Notes under the pieces: model-generated
Database searches by the model: none
The model's input: the letters and a program-made list of their open reading frames with translations, nothing else
What the model was told of the DNA's origin: nothing
Program-made: the position numbers and the translations under genes
Shown: positions 8,262 to 18,200 of the stretch, one piece after another
How the letters are laid out: every line of letters starts with the position of its first letter
Numbering within the stretch: the first letter of the stretch is position 1
Source: a virus
Length of the DNA stretch: 64,000 nucleotides
IMG/VR virus record: IMGVR_UViG_3300017783_000007
Span: 14,496-78,495 of that record
Direction: 5' to 3' (one strand)

Positions 8262-11078
8262 TTATGATGACCAGGCTGGCATATTTGCGGAGCCTAAAAT
8301 TCCTCTATAATAGTCATGTATTTTCTGCATATTAGCTGTAGATAAAACATTATCATACACAATAAGTGCTCTAACATGGTGAGGTTTTCTAAACGTTGCA
8401 GAAACATACCCATTAAAGTCTATCCCGCTAGGGAATACAGCCCCTGATATTATAGCAGTATTATACTTAGATTGCTCATGAGCATCAAATGATGTATTTC
8501 TATCATTCAGGACGGTATTACCGTTAACTCTATGTTCCCGAGTTTCTCCACTATGAGTATTAATTGCTGAAGTTTGACCGGTAGTTGACCCGTCTTGGAG
8601 TACATAAGCGTAAGTACTCGAATTACTACCATAGCTCCACAAAAGAGTATTTTCTAGTGTAGTTGGTGTGTGATAAATTAAAATAACAGTCTTAGCTTTT
8701 CCACTCCCTGTACCCGAAAGTGCAGTAGGAAATTCAAAGTTTCCTACGCTCTCCCCGCCCGCCGCAAATTGCATTGCAGCTACACTATGAGCGGTTGTGC
8801 TAGAAGAGTATGTTCCACCAGAAAAAGTTATATTGTTACTATTAGAAGAAATATCAGTCCACGTTGTACCTGAGCCCCCATAACTACTGGAGTCTCCAAA
8901 GTCCCAAAATCCTATTAAACCTGATATACTAGTAGGTCCAAAAGATAATGTAAACGTTGAAGAAGCACTGTTAGTTCTTACACCATCAAAAGCCTTAAAT
9001 CTAGCAGTAAATGTTCCGCCATTAGACTCATTAGTACTAGGAGTTACTGTGAATGTGCCCCCACTTTGGGTAATTGTAGCTTGAGCTTGATTAGAAGGGC
9101 TGGTATCATGACTATAAGTCACATCGAACCCTTCTGGATCTGTAGCTGCTACAGTAACAGTAGTTGCTGTGCCGTCCGCTTCTAGTGCGTAGGAAGCTGC
9201 GGGACTAGTAGTGAATTCAGGCAGTGTGTTTACTCCGCTAAAAATTCTATCCCACTCCGTACCGTCCCAGCCATAAAAAGCTTTCACATCCGTTACAAAT
9301 GCTAGGTCTCCACCAGTATTTCCAGAAGAAGGTAGAGCTGCTATGTTTGCATATGTAGTTACACCACCTCCTGGGAGGAGCAGCCCGGCTGCCGCTGCTG
9401 CTGCAATTTCGCTTTTTACAATTAACTTAGTCGCTGAAACAGCGGTTCCTGCTAATACTGAAGGAGATCCCGCTGTTGTTGACAGTGTACCGTCGTTTTG
9501 TATGTAATAAGACTGCCCGGCAGTTAGCCCAGACTGAGCATCATCTACTGAACCTATAAGTTGAACTGTAGCAGTAGCAGAATTAGCATAGGCCGCATCC
9601 GATACTCCTATGTAGTTACTTGCTGTAAGATTTGTTGAAGTTGAGGCTGCCCTAGCTGTTTGCTTTACACGAGCTGTTCCACGGTTAGAGTTTCCTCTGT
9701 CCCTATAAGCGAGTACTACTTTGTTTGAATTTGAGTCAAAAGTTGTACCATAATTATTATCTGATTCACCACTGTTGTATACCTCTGCTGAACCCAGAGT
9801 AAGACTTGTCCCGCTCACAGTACACTCACGAAGAGTACCGTACCAAGAGTTGGCTACATCTAAGTAGGTAATTACAATTTTATTAGTATTTGAGTCAAAA
9901 ACAACACTATTATCATACATGCCTCCCGTCGTAATCCCAGTAACTTCTGTTCCAAAACTAATACTGCTACCGCTCACTGTACCTACCCTGATTGCTCCTG
10001 CAGCAGAATTAGCATAATACATTGCTACGACTTTATTTGAGTTTGAGTCAAAACCGAGAGCAATGTCATTAGCTCCATTAGAACTGACACTCACGGCAGT
10101 ACCAAAACTAATACTTGTTCCAGATACTGTACCTACAATTGCTTTAGTAGAACGAGAACTATCTGAGTTGTTTCCGTCCACGTAGACTAATACGCATTTA
10201 TTTGAGTTTGAATCAAATACAACATCTCCCGCCTTGCTCGCTCCTGTTGTACCGTTATAAAGTACACGACTACCAAAACTAATACTTGTTCCAGATACTG
10301 TACCTACTCTTACCGCTGCATGGAACCCAGTATTTGTAGAGCTAACGTAAGCAGCTCCTTTATATACATAACAGACTACAACTTTATTTGCATATGAGTC
10401 AAAAGTGATACCCCCTCTATTGGCAAAGGAGGACGAACCTATGTCACTGGTCATATCAGAAATAGGCTCCATAATGGTTGGCGAGCCAAAACTAATACTT
10501 GTTCCAGATACTGTACCTACAATTGCGGTAGCTCGGTCCCTCGAATACGTTGTACCACTGATAGTCTCGGCATGCTTATCCTGATATACAATTACAATTT
10601 TATTTGAATTTGAGTCAAAAGTGATCATAGGCCAGCTAGTTTCTCTTGTATTAAATACCACTTCACTTCCAAAACTAATACTGTTACCGGACACTGTACC
10701 TACGATTGCCGTTCCGTAGTTACTGTTACCTGCATCCCTATAAGCGAGTACTACTTTGTTTGAATTTGAGTCAAAAGTTGCACTGGCGCCTTGCTGTCCT
10801 GTATTAGCTGTGCTGTCATTAAATACAGTCTCACTACCTAAAGCAGCAGCAATCGCACTAACCTCTGAGCCTGCCACAGCACTTACAGTACCATCAGAGT
10901 TTACTATAACCATATCTCCATTTGCAAGAGCCCCACTCGCAGTAGCTGTGAGAGTAGGATTCGCTGCTGAACTAGAAGTAATTTTCCATTTTTCGGTAGA
11001 ACTATTATAAGTGTAATTCCTACCATCCGCTGTTATTGTGTCTCCATTACTGGGACTATCTGTAAAGTTAATTGCCAT
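8262..11078 (-). CDS. Modular fibre/adhesin protein (N-terminal plug, beta-propeller, cadherin/Ig-like domain, LamG-like C-terminus)
   Basis: MAINFTDSPSNGDT N-terminus. About 6 FDSNSNKVV...GTVSGxSISFG blades. TDPEGF Ig-like unit. LIGFWDFGDSSSYGGSGTTWTDIS start and ALIVYDNVLS end typical of phage LamG/ConA-like domains. Confidence 0.75.
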   Translation of the reverse strand: MAINFTDSPSNGDTITADGRNYTYNSSTEKWKITSSSAANPTLTATASGALANGDMVIVNSDGTVSAVAGSEVSAIAAALGSETVFNDSTANTGQQGASATFDSNSNKVVLAYRDAGNSNYGTAIVGTVSGNSISFGSEVVFNTRETSWPMITFDSNSNKIVIVYQDKHAETISGTTYSRDRATAIVGTVSGTSISFGSPTIMEPISDMTSDIGSSSFANRGGITFDSYANKVVVCYVYKGAAYVSSTNTGFHAAVRVGTVSGTSISFGSRVLYNGTTGASKAGDVVFDSNSNKCVLVYVDGNNSDSSRSTKAIVGTVSGTSISFGTAVSVSSNGANDIALGFDSNSNKVVAMYYANSAAGAIRVGTVSGSSISFGTEVTGITTGGMYDNSVVFDSNTNKIVITYLDVANSWYGTLRECTVSGTSLTLGSAEVYNSGESDNNYGTTFDSNSNKVVLAYRDRGNSNRGTARVKQTARAASTSTNLTASNYIGVSDAAYANSATATVQLIGSVDDAQSGLTAGQSYYIQNDGTLSTTAGSPSVLAGTAVSATKLIVKSEIAAAAAAGLLLPGGGVTTYANIAALPSSGNTGGDLAFVTDVKAFYGWDGTEWDRIFSGVNTLPEFTTSPAASYALEADGTATTVTVAATDPEGFDVTYSHDTSPSNQAQATITQSGGTFTVTPSTNESNGGTFTARFKAFDGVRTNSASSTFTLSFGPTSISGLIGFWDFGDSSSYGGSGTTWTDISSNSNNITFSGGTYSSSTTAHSVAAMQFAAGGESVGNFEFPTALSGTGSGKAKTVILIYHTPTTLENTLLWSYGSNSSTYAYVLQDGSTTGQTSAINTHSGETREHRVNGNTVLNDRNTSFDAHEQSKYNTAIISGAVFPSGIDFNGYVSATFRKPHHVRALIVYDNVLSTANMQKIHDYYRGILGSANMPAWSS

Positions 11079-11080
11079 TT

Positions 11081-11398
11081 TTATACCTCTATAATGTTAA
11101 CGCTTAGAGCAGAATTCCACAATATATCAAGCTGTTTAGCCCACATATTGTAATGCGACTTTATATCTTGTTTATTTTCAGGAAGTTTAGATAAACTCCT
11201 TACATATTCTACTGTAAAAGTGTCTAATAATTCTTGCTCAGTATTAAACTTCATTTTTTTAGGCTCAAAAATCCAAAAAACATCTTTAGTTAAACTCTCA
11301 TCCGTTTCACTTACTAAGGTTATATTCGCTTGTATATACTTAATAGTATTGTCTACATGATATACCTTAACAGAGTTCCATTGTTCTATAAAATTCAT
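11081..11398 (-). CDS. Hypothetical protein
   Basis: Tightly packed in the operon. Likely ATG at 11398 with GGGAG SD, rather than GTG 11410. Confidence 0.65.
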   Translation of the reverse strand: MNFIEQWNSVKVYHVDNTIKYIQANITLVSETDESLTKDVFWIFEPKKMKFNTEQELLDTFTVEYVRSLSKLPENKQDIKSHYNMWAKQLDILWNSALSVNIIEV

Positions 11399-11400
11399 AC

Positions 11401-11616
11401 TTACTCCCACGATTCCGGATCTGCTGCTGCAGCTCCGCTGCTATCTGTTGTTCTTGCAGGAAATGGAAGCAAAGTACTCCCAAGAGGTACATCTGCAACG
11501 ATAAGATCTCTTGCTGCGGGAAATAGGCTTCCCGCTAAAAGTAAAGGTGATGGAGGAACCGTTGCAAAAACTATTTCTGTTACTGTAGTAACGCCCCCTT
11601 CTATTGTTAATGCCAT
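11401..11616 (-). CDS. Small hypothetical virion-associated protein
   Basis: AGGAG SD, 71 aa, Pro/Ala-rich, ends PESWE. Confidence 0.65.
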   Translation of the reverse strand: MALTIEGGVTTVTEIVFATVPPSPLLLAGSLFPAARDLIVADVPLGSTLLPFPARTTDSSGAAAADPESWE

Positions 11617-11626
11617 GTTTTTTCTC

Positions 11627-12787
11627 CTATGTTTTTTTAATTAAATAATGTCCTAGATCCGGCCGAAGATCTACAACAGGGGCATATACATAATCATTTC
11701 CTGAGATTGTAACTTCCTCAAATGCAGTTCCAATCCCAGAGGGGGCAAACCAAACATTATTTAAAGTAGAAAAGTCCTTTACATCTGGAAAAAAGCCAGG
11801 ACCTTTTATATATAAGGGGAAAACTACTAGTGCTTTTGTGCCGTTCGCGGTATAGGATAATTGGTTGCTATTTTTAAATGAAGCGGTGCCGGACGAGGTG
11901 GAGGCAGCATAAGACATATTCCATTGCATGTCAGTATTGATCTCACCTACGTCAGAGCCAGTAATTGTGCTATTCTCTAGTTTTGCTATACTATAATAGT
12001 ATCCCTCGGGGTCGTACGCATTGCCGTTAGTAGAAGCTGTCCATAGTCGTATAGTGCCTCCTTCATTTCCCGCAAGGTGTGTACCAAAGTTACAGAGTTG
12101 TGCAAAATCTCCTGGGCTAGTGTTTCCAAACCAACCTGAATTAGAACTTGATCTATACATTGGCGAAGCCTCACCCGCGTTGTGTTTACTCGCGTCGGAT
12201 GCAAAAACAAAAGCATTAGGACACACAGACTGTTTTTGATCTAAAGGACCTTGGGGGCCTTCTAAAATCATAAAAGCTCCCTCTCCGCTATCTATGTAAC
12301 CCAATATTATAATTCTTTTTGGATCCGCAAAAACTCGTATAGTACGACCACTTGTATACATAGCATGAGAGCTAGCATAAGTACTGTTCGTACCAGAGTA
12401 CCCCCAGCTTAAGTTTTCTGTGCTCGTATTTGGATCAAAAATAACCCCCAAACAAAACCCAAAGCTAGTACTATTATAGTATGAAGTACTAGTGTGGGCC
12501 CCAGAGGTATATAAGGCACAATACTTTGGGATGTTGTTTGTAGCAGAAGTACCTTGAAGAATATACTGTGCGTCTGCCGCTGCTATACTACCACTTTGCA
12601 AAGAGTTAGAGCTATGTAAGGCCCAACCACTGTTTGCTCCCGCTGTTAATTCAGAGTCAGCTGTCGTAATAAACTCTAGATTACTTAAAGACGCGCTACC
12701 CGAACTAGACTCATGAATAATTCTAGTTATATCCCTTACTACTTCTCCATTTGTTGTATTTGAGGGAAATTTTAATTTTGCATACAT
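11627..12787 (-). CDS. Putative virion structural / fibre-tip protein
   Basis: AGGAG SD; Ser/Thr/Gly/aromatic-rich, beta-type composition; follows a fibre adaptor gene. Confidence 0.6.
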   Translation of the reverse strand: MYAKLKFPSNTTNGEVVRDITRIIHESSSGSASLSNLEFITTADSELTAGANSGWALHSSNSLQSGSIAAADAQYILQGTSATNNIPKYCALYTSGAHTSTSYYNSTSFGFCLGVIFDPNTSTENLSWGYSGTNSTYASSHAMYTSGRTIRVFADPKRIIILGYIDSGEGAFMILEGPQGPLDQKQSVCPNAFVFASDASKHNAGEASPMYRSSSNSGWFGNTSPGDFAQLCNFGTHLAGNEGGTIRLWTASTNGNAYDPEGYYYSIAKLENSTITGSDVGEINTDMQWNMSYAASTSSGTASFKNSNQLSYTANGTKALVVFPLYIKGPGFFPDVKDFSTLNNVWFAPSGIGTAFEEVTISGNDYVYAPVVDLRPDLGHYLIKKT

Positions 12788-12810
12788 TGTATTTTCTCCT
12801 GATATGCTAG

Positions 12811-14091
12811 TTATGAAAAACTAAATACTAAATATAGGTTGGCACCCGCTGTGCTAGAACCTACCTGTGTTATATTTACGGTTATATAGTCACCTTCCGA
12901 AAAAGTTGTAGTATCACTATTATTAACACTAGAACTAGCTCCGTTAGCAATTGTTATTGTTTTAAACGCGCTTCCTGCGCCATTTTTAATTAAGGCTATA
13001 GTAGCCGCTGATCCAGCGGGTGCAGTATCTACAAAAGCATCTATAAAATCAAGCGTAAAAGAGTCATGCAGATATAGTCGTTTTGATCCTGTATTTACAG
13101 CAAGAGTATCATCATACCTATATGCCTTTACAAAGCCTCCTCCCGCTGATTGGCTTGCCCAACTCAATACTCCACTGCCATTTGTAGTTAGTACTTGATT
13201 TGCACTTCCGTCAGCATTTGGCCAAGTATGATTGTCTAATACAATGTTTCCTGACCCATCGGGTTTTATATCTATATTACCATTGCCAATAGAAACAATA
13301 TCTTGTCCGTTGACATCTAGATTTCCCCCAAGCTGAGGTGTTGTGTCAGCTACTACTGACGCAATACCCCCTGATCCTGTTGAATCTGCTGCGGGCGCCC
13401 ATTCACTCCCGCTCCACTTTAATACTTGACCAGAACTGGGACTTGTAGAGCTTACATTTGTTAAATCTGATAAAACAGCAACGCCTCCTCCACCATCAGG
13501 ATTAGCAAATTCAATCCATTGATTACTGCTGCCGTCAGCATAGTAAATATAGGGGGTCAGCTCAGTTGTATCAAACCATAAATCTCCCGAGGAAGGACTG
13601 CTGGGAGCAGTATCAGAAGTAGATACTGAAGCACCTCCTCCTCCTCCACTGCTTTGCGCAGTCCAACTTAGATTTCCAGATCCGTCTGTTTTTAGAACGT
13701 AATTTGCAGTGCCATCTGCAGTAGGCCAGCTCAACCCATCAAGTATAATTTTTCCTGAGCCATTTGGAGTTATAGAAATATTTCCATTGCTAACTGAAAC
13801 TAGGCTTTGCCCATTAACGTCTAGATCACCTCCCAGCTGCGGAGTTGTATCTTCAACTAGGGAGGATAAGCCTCCAGAACTTACGGTAGTGAATGTAAAA
13901 GAACCACTGCCGTTTGTAGTTAATACTTGACCATTTGTGCCATCAGACCCGACATCTGTTAGTGATAGTAAAGTATCGCCGGGGCTTGAAGTAACGTCCC
14001 ATTTACCTGTACTATTACTAAATGTATATGTACGTCCATCAGCTGTAATAGTAGCTCCGTCACTTGGACTGTTTGTAAAATTAACTGCCAT
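12811..14091 (-). CDS. Fibre adaptor/branch protein
   Basis: MAVNFTNSPSDG plug; two DTTPQLGGxLDVNG units; GQVLxTNGSG fibre repeats; APSSPSSGDLWFD...QWIE module; C-terminal beta-sandwich ending VGSSTAGANLYLVFSFS. Confidence 0.75.
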   Translation of the reverse strand: MAVNFTNSPSDGATITADGRTYTFSNSTGKWDVTSSPGDTLLSLTDVGSDGTNGQVLTTNGSGSFTFTTVSSGGLSSLVEDTTPQLGGDLDVNGQSLVSVSNGNISITPNGSGKIILDGLSWPTADGTANYVLKTDGSGNLSWTAQSSGGGGGASVSTSDTAPSSPSSGDLWFDTTELTPYIYYADGSSNQWIEFANPDGGGGVAVLSDLTNVSSTSPSSGQVLKWSGSEWAPAADSTGSGGIASVVADTTPQLGGNLDVNGQDIVSIGNGNIDIKPDGSGNIVLDNHTWPNADGSANQVLTTNGSGVLSWASQSAGGGFVKAYRYDDTLAVNTGSKRLYLHDSFTLDFIDAFVDTAPAGSAATIALIKNGAGSAFKTITIANGASSSVNNSDTTTFSEGDYITVNITQVGSSTAGANLYLVFSFS

Positions 14092-14093
14092 TT

Positions 14094-14612
14094 CTATTCT
14101 CCAAATGTCACTTTTCTGCTAACTACGTTATCAGATTTACTATTTTCTTCTGCAAGTGAAAACTTGTTTGCATTAATTAGACTCTGAACATTTCTCCACG
14201 CTGTAGTATCTCCTTTTACCATATTAAAAGAAGCTGTAGTTGTTCCCATGGTTTCTCTAATTTGTGCTCTTACTGTCTGAAACTCGTCCGTGTACATCCA
14301 GGCCTTGCTATTTTGTGCATCCGGACCTGCTAACCACATACCCCATTCAAAATTTGTTCCTTCAATAGTGCCTGCAATCAAAGCTAAACATCGGGCTCCG
14401 GCTCTTACTGCAACAACGGTTCTTTCAGAGTCTGAAGCGAAGGAGCGATAAAGAGCTAGTGCTGTTTCTCTTTTTTCTTCCTCGGTAGTTGCATTGAACT
14501 CGCTCCAAGAAAAAACACTTTCAGACATAGCATCTTCTTTACAGCCCTCCCATACAATATTAAAATCATCGTTACGAACTTTGTCTATAATATCAATAGT
14601 ATAATTACTCAT
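14094..14612 (-). CDS. Hypothetical globular protein, possibly GNAT-like fold
   Basis: Non-fibre (charged) composition with an alpha-beta-beta-beta-alpha pattern. Overlaps the stop of the fibre-tip gene. Fold call is weak. Confidence 0.55.
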   Translation of the reverse strand: MSNYTIDIIDKVRNDDFNIVWEGCKEDAMSESVFSWSEFNATTEEEKRETALALYRSFASDSERTVVAVRAGARCLALIAGTIEGTNFEWGMWLAGPDAQNSKAWMYTDEFQTVRAQIRETMGTTTASFNMVKGDTTAWRNVQSLINANKFSLAEENSKSDNVVSRKVTFGE

Positions 14613-15216
14613 TAAAATCCACGTCCTTATCGCTTGTGGAGGTTACCCAGTTTCCTAAAGTTGTAGTATAGGCAGAACTGTTGGCCCAGACCCATTTAGT
14701 GTTTCCGTCGCTCTGGGTGTGAGTGGCACTAGAAGAAGTAAGGTTCTGACTTCCTACATCTATAGAAGTAAAAAATCCTTGGGCTCTAGTTCCTGAGAGC
14801 ACTACTTCAAATCCTCTGCCTGATATAACATTTGTTTTTAGGTCTTGTGTTCTGCGTTCTCTCAATACTTTTATAGTTGCTCCATCATATGTAGTCGCAC
14901 TACCACTAGCAATGCTTCCAATAGTTGTTGAGGCAATTGAGTCGTAGCCATGAGTAAGATAGCCATTGCCTCCAGATATAGTAATAGTTACATCAGCAGA
15001 CGAAGAAGATGCAGTTCCTTTTGCCGCTCCATGAAAGTTAGACATTTTTATCCTACCCGTTAAGGGAACATTAGTAATAACTCTGCCACTATTTCCTGCA
15101 GACAGACCAATAATAGTACCTCCTCCATAGTATTCCGAAAAGGATATAGGATTTTCTCCGCCAAATTCCGTCTGTAGTTCGCTAAATTTTAATTGACCTG
15201 AAGATGCTAAAGCCAT
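14605..15216 (-). CDS. Tail fibre tip / adhesin protein
   Basis: MALASSGQLKFSELQTEFGGENPISFSEYY...GRIKMSNFHG N-terminal module, of the kind usually encoded right after S74-chaperone fibres. Confidence 0.75.
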   Translation of the reverse strand: MALASSGQLKFSELQTEFGGENPISFSEYYGGGTIIGLSAGNSGRVITNVPLTGRIKMSNFHGAAKGTASSSSADVTITISGGNGYLTHGYDSIASTTIGSIASGSATTYDGATIKVLRERRTQDLKTNVISGRGFEVVLSGTRAQGFFTSIDVGSQNLTSSSATHTQSDGNTKWVWANSSAYTTTLGNWVTSTSDKDVDFNE

Positions 15217-18200
15217 TATTTTTCTCCTTTTAGTTCTTCTATTTCTTGTTTTAGCTCTTTTACGGCTTCTATCAATACAGCAACTAATTTTTCATATCTT
15301 ACTGCTTTTGTGCCATCTGGTCGCTCCGCGACTAACTCAGGCAGTACTTTCTCAACATCCTGTGCGATTACACCACTATCATGCTTTCTATGAAAGTACC
15401 CATCTTCTCCTCCCTGCTTTTCTAAGTACTCGTCTGTCCAGTCAAACGTTACTCCACGAATTTGCTGAACTTTACTGAGAGCATTTGGAATTATTTCAAT
15501 ATTTTCCTTAAGTCTCTCGTCAGAAGAATAATAAGCTACTACGTCTCCATCTGCTCTAATTTCCGCCCCATAGTGAAGAGCAGTTGTATTCATGGTAAAG
15601 TCTACGCCCGGTATTCTTACATTGTTAATAAGTCCGTCACCAGAAGCAGTTCCTATTGTCATCTCATTATTTGTTGAAGTACTAGTTGCTTCAGCATTAT
15701 AGCCTATAAGTATGTTATGGCTGCCGTTTGAACTGGTAGCATTGTATGCTTGACCTCCAATTACAATATTCTTAGAGCCTGTAGTTATTGCATTACCGGC
15801 ATTGTAGCCTAACAATACGTTCATATTAGCAGAGGTAATACTATCTCCAGCATTTACACCCACCGCAACGTTTGCACTGGCACTGTTTGTAACGGCTGCG
15901 CCAGCATTTGCACCCAGAAAAAGACTAAGTGCAGTAGAGTTATAAACAGCATCTGATAAGTCATCAATAGATGTAGCCCCTGCAGAAGCGGGCGTAGTCC
16001 AACTTAATACACCAGACCCATCTGTTTTTAAAACTTGATTCGCACTACCATCATCATTTGGTAGTGTTAAAGTATAATCAGCAGACGCGCTGTGAGGAGG
16101 TCCTTTAATGGTCACTCCATGTGAGTTGACTTCGCAATTTAGTTTAAACTGCCCAGAACCTTTTGTACTGTTGCCTTTAAATACAACAACACCGGATCCG
16201 TTTGGATCTAAATCTATATCGCCGTTGCTTGCTGTTACAATGTCTTGCCCATTTAGGTCTAAATCTCCACCTAATTGAGGTGAAGTGTCCGCAGATACAG
16301 AAGCTATACCACCAGTGCCGGTTGAGTCGGCAGCAGGAGCCCACTCACTTCCGCTCCATTTAAGAACCTGACCGCTACTAGGACTTGAACTACTTACATT
16401 TGTTAACTCTCCAAGAGCAAGCGCACCGCTTCCCGCTCCTCCTCCATTTGAGTTTGCAAATTCAATCCACTGGTTGCTATCGCCATCTGCATAGTAGATA
16501 TATGGACGCAGATTACTAGAGTTAAACCACAAATCTCCTGAAGAAGGGCTACTAGGAGCAGTATCAGAAACATCTATACTGGAACCAGCAGTAATTGTAA
16601 CATTTGAAGCAGAGGTAACTCTTCCTTGGCCGTCTACAACAATTTGGGGGATAGTTGTTGCACTTCCATAAGTTGCTGCAGTAACGCCAGTGTTTTCTAA
16701 GCTTAAAGTAACGGCTCCGGAGGTTCCTCCTCCTGTAAGCCCGTTTCCTGCACTTACAGCAGTTATATCAGCATCAGAGGTAGTATGTTCTAATAACAGC
16801 TCCGTTGCTGAGACAGCGACACCCATTTTAATATTATAGCTATCTGCAGTTGAGTTTAAAGTTCCGTTAGAAGTAAGATAGTAGGTGGCGCCAGTTGTTA
16901 AGCTAGATTGATTTCTATCAACTCCACCCATTAAATTTACAGTGCCCGAAGCGCCCGCAGAAATGTTCTCGTCGGCAATTCCTACTACTGTATTTTCAAT
17001 ATTAGTTGTCGTAACAGTATTTTGTATTCCGTAAAATTCTCCATCAAGCTGACTAATCATGCTCGCAGATGATCCATATCTAGTAAAGCCGTATACCAGA
17101 CCTGCAGACTTATAAATTAATGCACCCGCATTAATTGTATTACTGTGCGACATCACAGTACTGTTGCTTGCGTGAGTTATAGTACCATTCGAGCTCATCG
17201 TGAGACGCCCTAGGAGCAGCCTACGGGCAGAATTGTAAGAACCGTTGGATAAATAAACTAAAGTATTTGTACCTGTATCTACCGCTCCTGCTACTATGCT
17301 TGCACTAAGAAATGATCCACTTCCTCCTGGATCAGTGTCTTTATGCGCAACTGTAAGAGTGCCGTTTTCTTCTATTGTTACACTATTATACCCGACTGGC
17401 CATGTTTTATTGCCGAAATATTCATAAGTTATTTGATAAATCATCAAAAACTTTTGACGATTCGGAATGTAAAAAATATGTGGATTGCCAGCTGCACTAG
17501 GAGTGTATACATTTCCTGTTATATCAGAAGATTGTAATGTAGTATTCGTAACTGTAACAGCAGAGCCCAGTGTAATAGATCCACTGGAGCAAGTCCACTT
17601 TTTACAATAATTTGAGCCTCCTGACGTATAAACAACTACACCGGCATTTCTTACGGGATCGTAAGCCACAGAAGTGTGCGAGCCCCCAACAGTTACAGCT
17701 GTTCCTACAGTAAAGGTATCATTCGAGCTATTATAGGTTAGAGCTCTAATATTGTCTCCACCCACTAAAATCCATTTTCCGTCATTATCATCATAGGTAA
17801 TGCTACCAGCAGAGTCCCACGAAGTGCTTGCAGAGTATAGAGTAGCATTAGTACCCCAAGTTATCGCTCCTGTAGACGTATTAATTGTACCTATATTGTA
17901 ATAAGTAGCTGAACCAGTACTTCCAATTAAAGCTATTTTATTACTTGCTACCAGAAATGCGGGACCAGTAGTAATTTGATTAGAATTACTCGGCATAGAG
18001 CCAGTGGAAGATACAGTTACGGAGCCGTCCGCTGCAAGAGTAGCCCACCTATAATAGTAGGTACTGGACTCGTAAGTCAATTGAAATATCTTATTAGAAT
18101 AATCGGGAACTAGAACTGCTTGCCCCACCCCCTCCGAAGAGGAAGTAGTACCTAGATACTCTATACTCGTTGATGTTTGAGTAACAGAAGCGCTAATTGT

